This document shows, piece by piece, positions 63,844 to 64,000 of a stretch of DNA of 64,000 nt. This DNA is from an uncultured Solirubrobacterales bacterium (GTDB taxonomy: Bacteria; Actinomycetota; Thermoleophilia; Solirubrobacterales; Solirubrobacteraceae). Each line of letters begins with the position of its first letter. The first letter of the stretch is position 1. Made by a program: the position numbers and the translations under genes. The stretch covers positions 1,384 through 65,383 of the forward strand of contig CAWCYP010000042.1 in NCBI GenBank assembly GCA_963799735.1. Direction: 5' to 3'. The notes below the pieces were generated by a model. It saw nothing but the letters and a program-made list of their open reading frames with translations. It was not told the origin of the DNA and did not search any database.

Positions 63844-64000
63844 CCGCCGGTCGGACCTCTTCGAGCCGAGCCGTACGCTCGCTTCGACCTGGCGCTACCC
63901 GCTTTGGGCCGCTGCTGGTGGCGGCGGGTTGTCGATGCGCGTCAGTGCGCGGACGCGGGCGTCGCGCGAGACGGCGGATACCTCTGCGGGCAGGTCGGCG

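Noticed and set aside
1-64000. tRNA, rRNA, intact integrase/transposase, reverse transcriptase or cas genes
   Set aside because: None recognised by eye; a tRNAscan/HMM run would be needed to exclude them formally.

Overview
GC-rich actinobacterial DNA, most likely Thermoleophilia/Solirubrobacterales: it has a single-motif RsiG-like gene, an FHA-FtsR/MerR cluster and an actinobacterial c-di-AMP riboswitch. Many genes are broken by 1-nt indels that look like long-read errors. Bases 1-41.5 kb are mostly housekeeping: dxr-rseP, ispG, sodA, proS, apt, nadE, WS/DGAT, dinB, ccdA, CDF/MntR/NRAMP, LCP, a sigma-70, an SOS-box radical SAM and an MFS transporter. Small accessory inserts sit at about 15.9-17.4 kb and 21.2-22.1 kb. 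From 41.5 kb on, and especially 52.5-64 kb, the DNA is a patchwork of toxin-antitoxin modules (HTH-PIN, AbiEi/AbiEii-WYL, Xre/RES) and short fragments of mobile or defence genes (IS66, DUF433, SNF2 helicase, Abi_2, serine recombinase). Four signals stand out. (1) A co-oriented mosaic non-coding repeat of up to about 133 bp occurs four times (52571-56835) and brackets single gene or TA modules like a cassette array, but is not attC or CRISPR. (2) An inverted pair of PD-(D/E)XK-like modules shares a conserved leader and a sigma28-type promoter, and only one copy carries an intervening lipoprotein gene. (3) A promoter-driven structured RNA of about 65 nt lies next to an Abi_2/AbiF gene fragment. 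(4) An AbiEii toxin carries a WYL-like C-terminus. All family assignments come from motif recognition by eye; no database searches were run.
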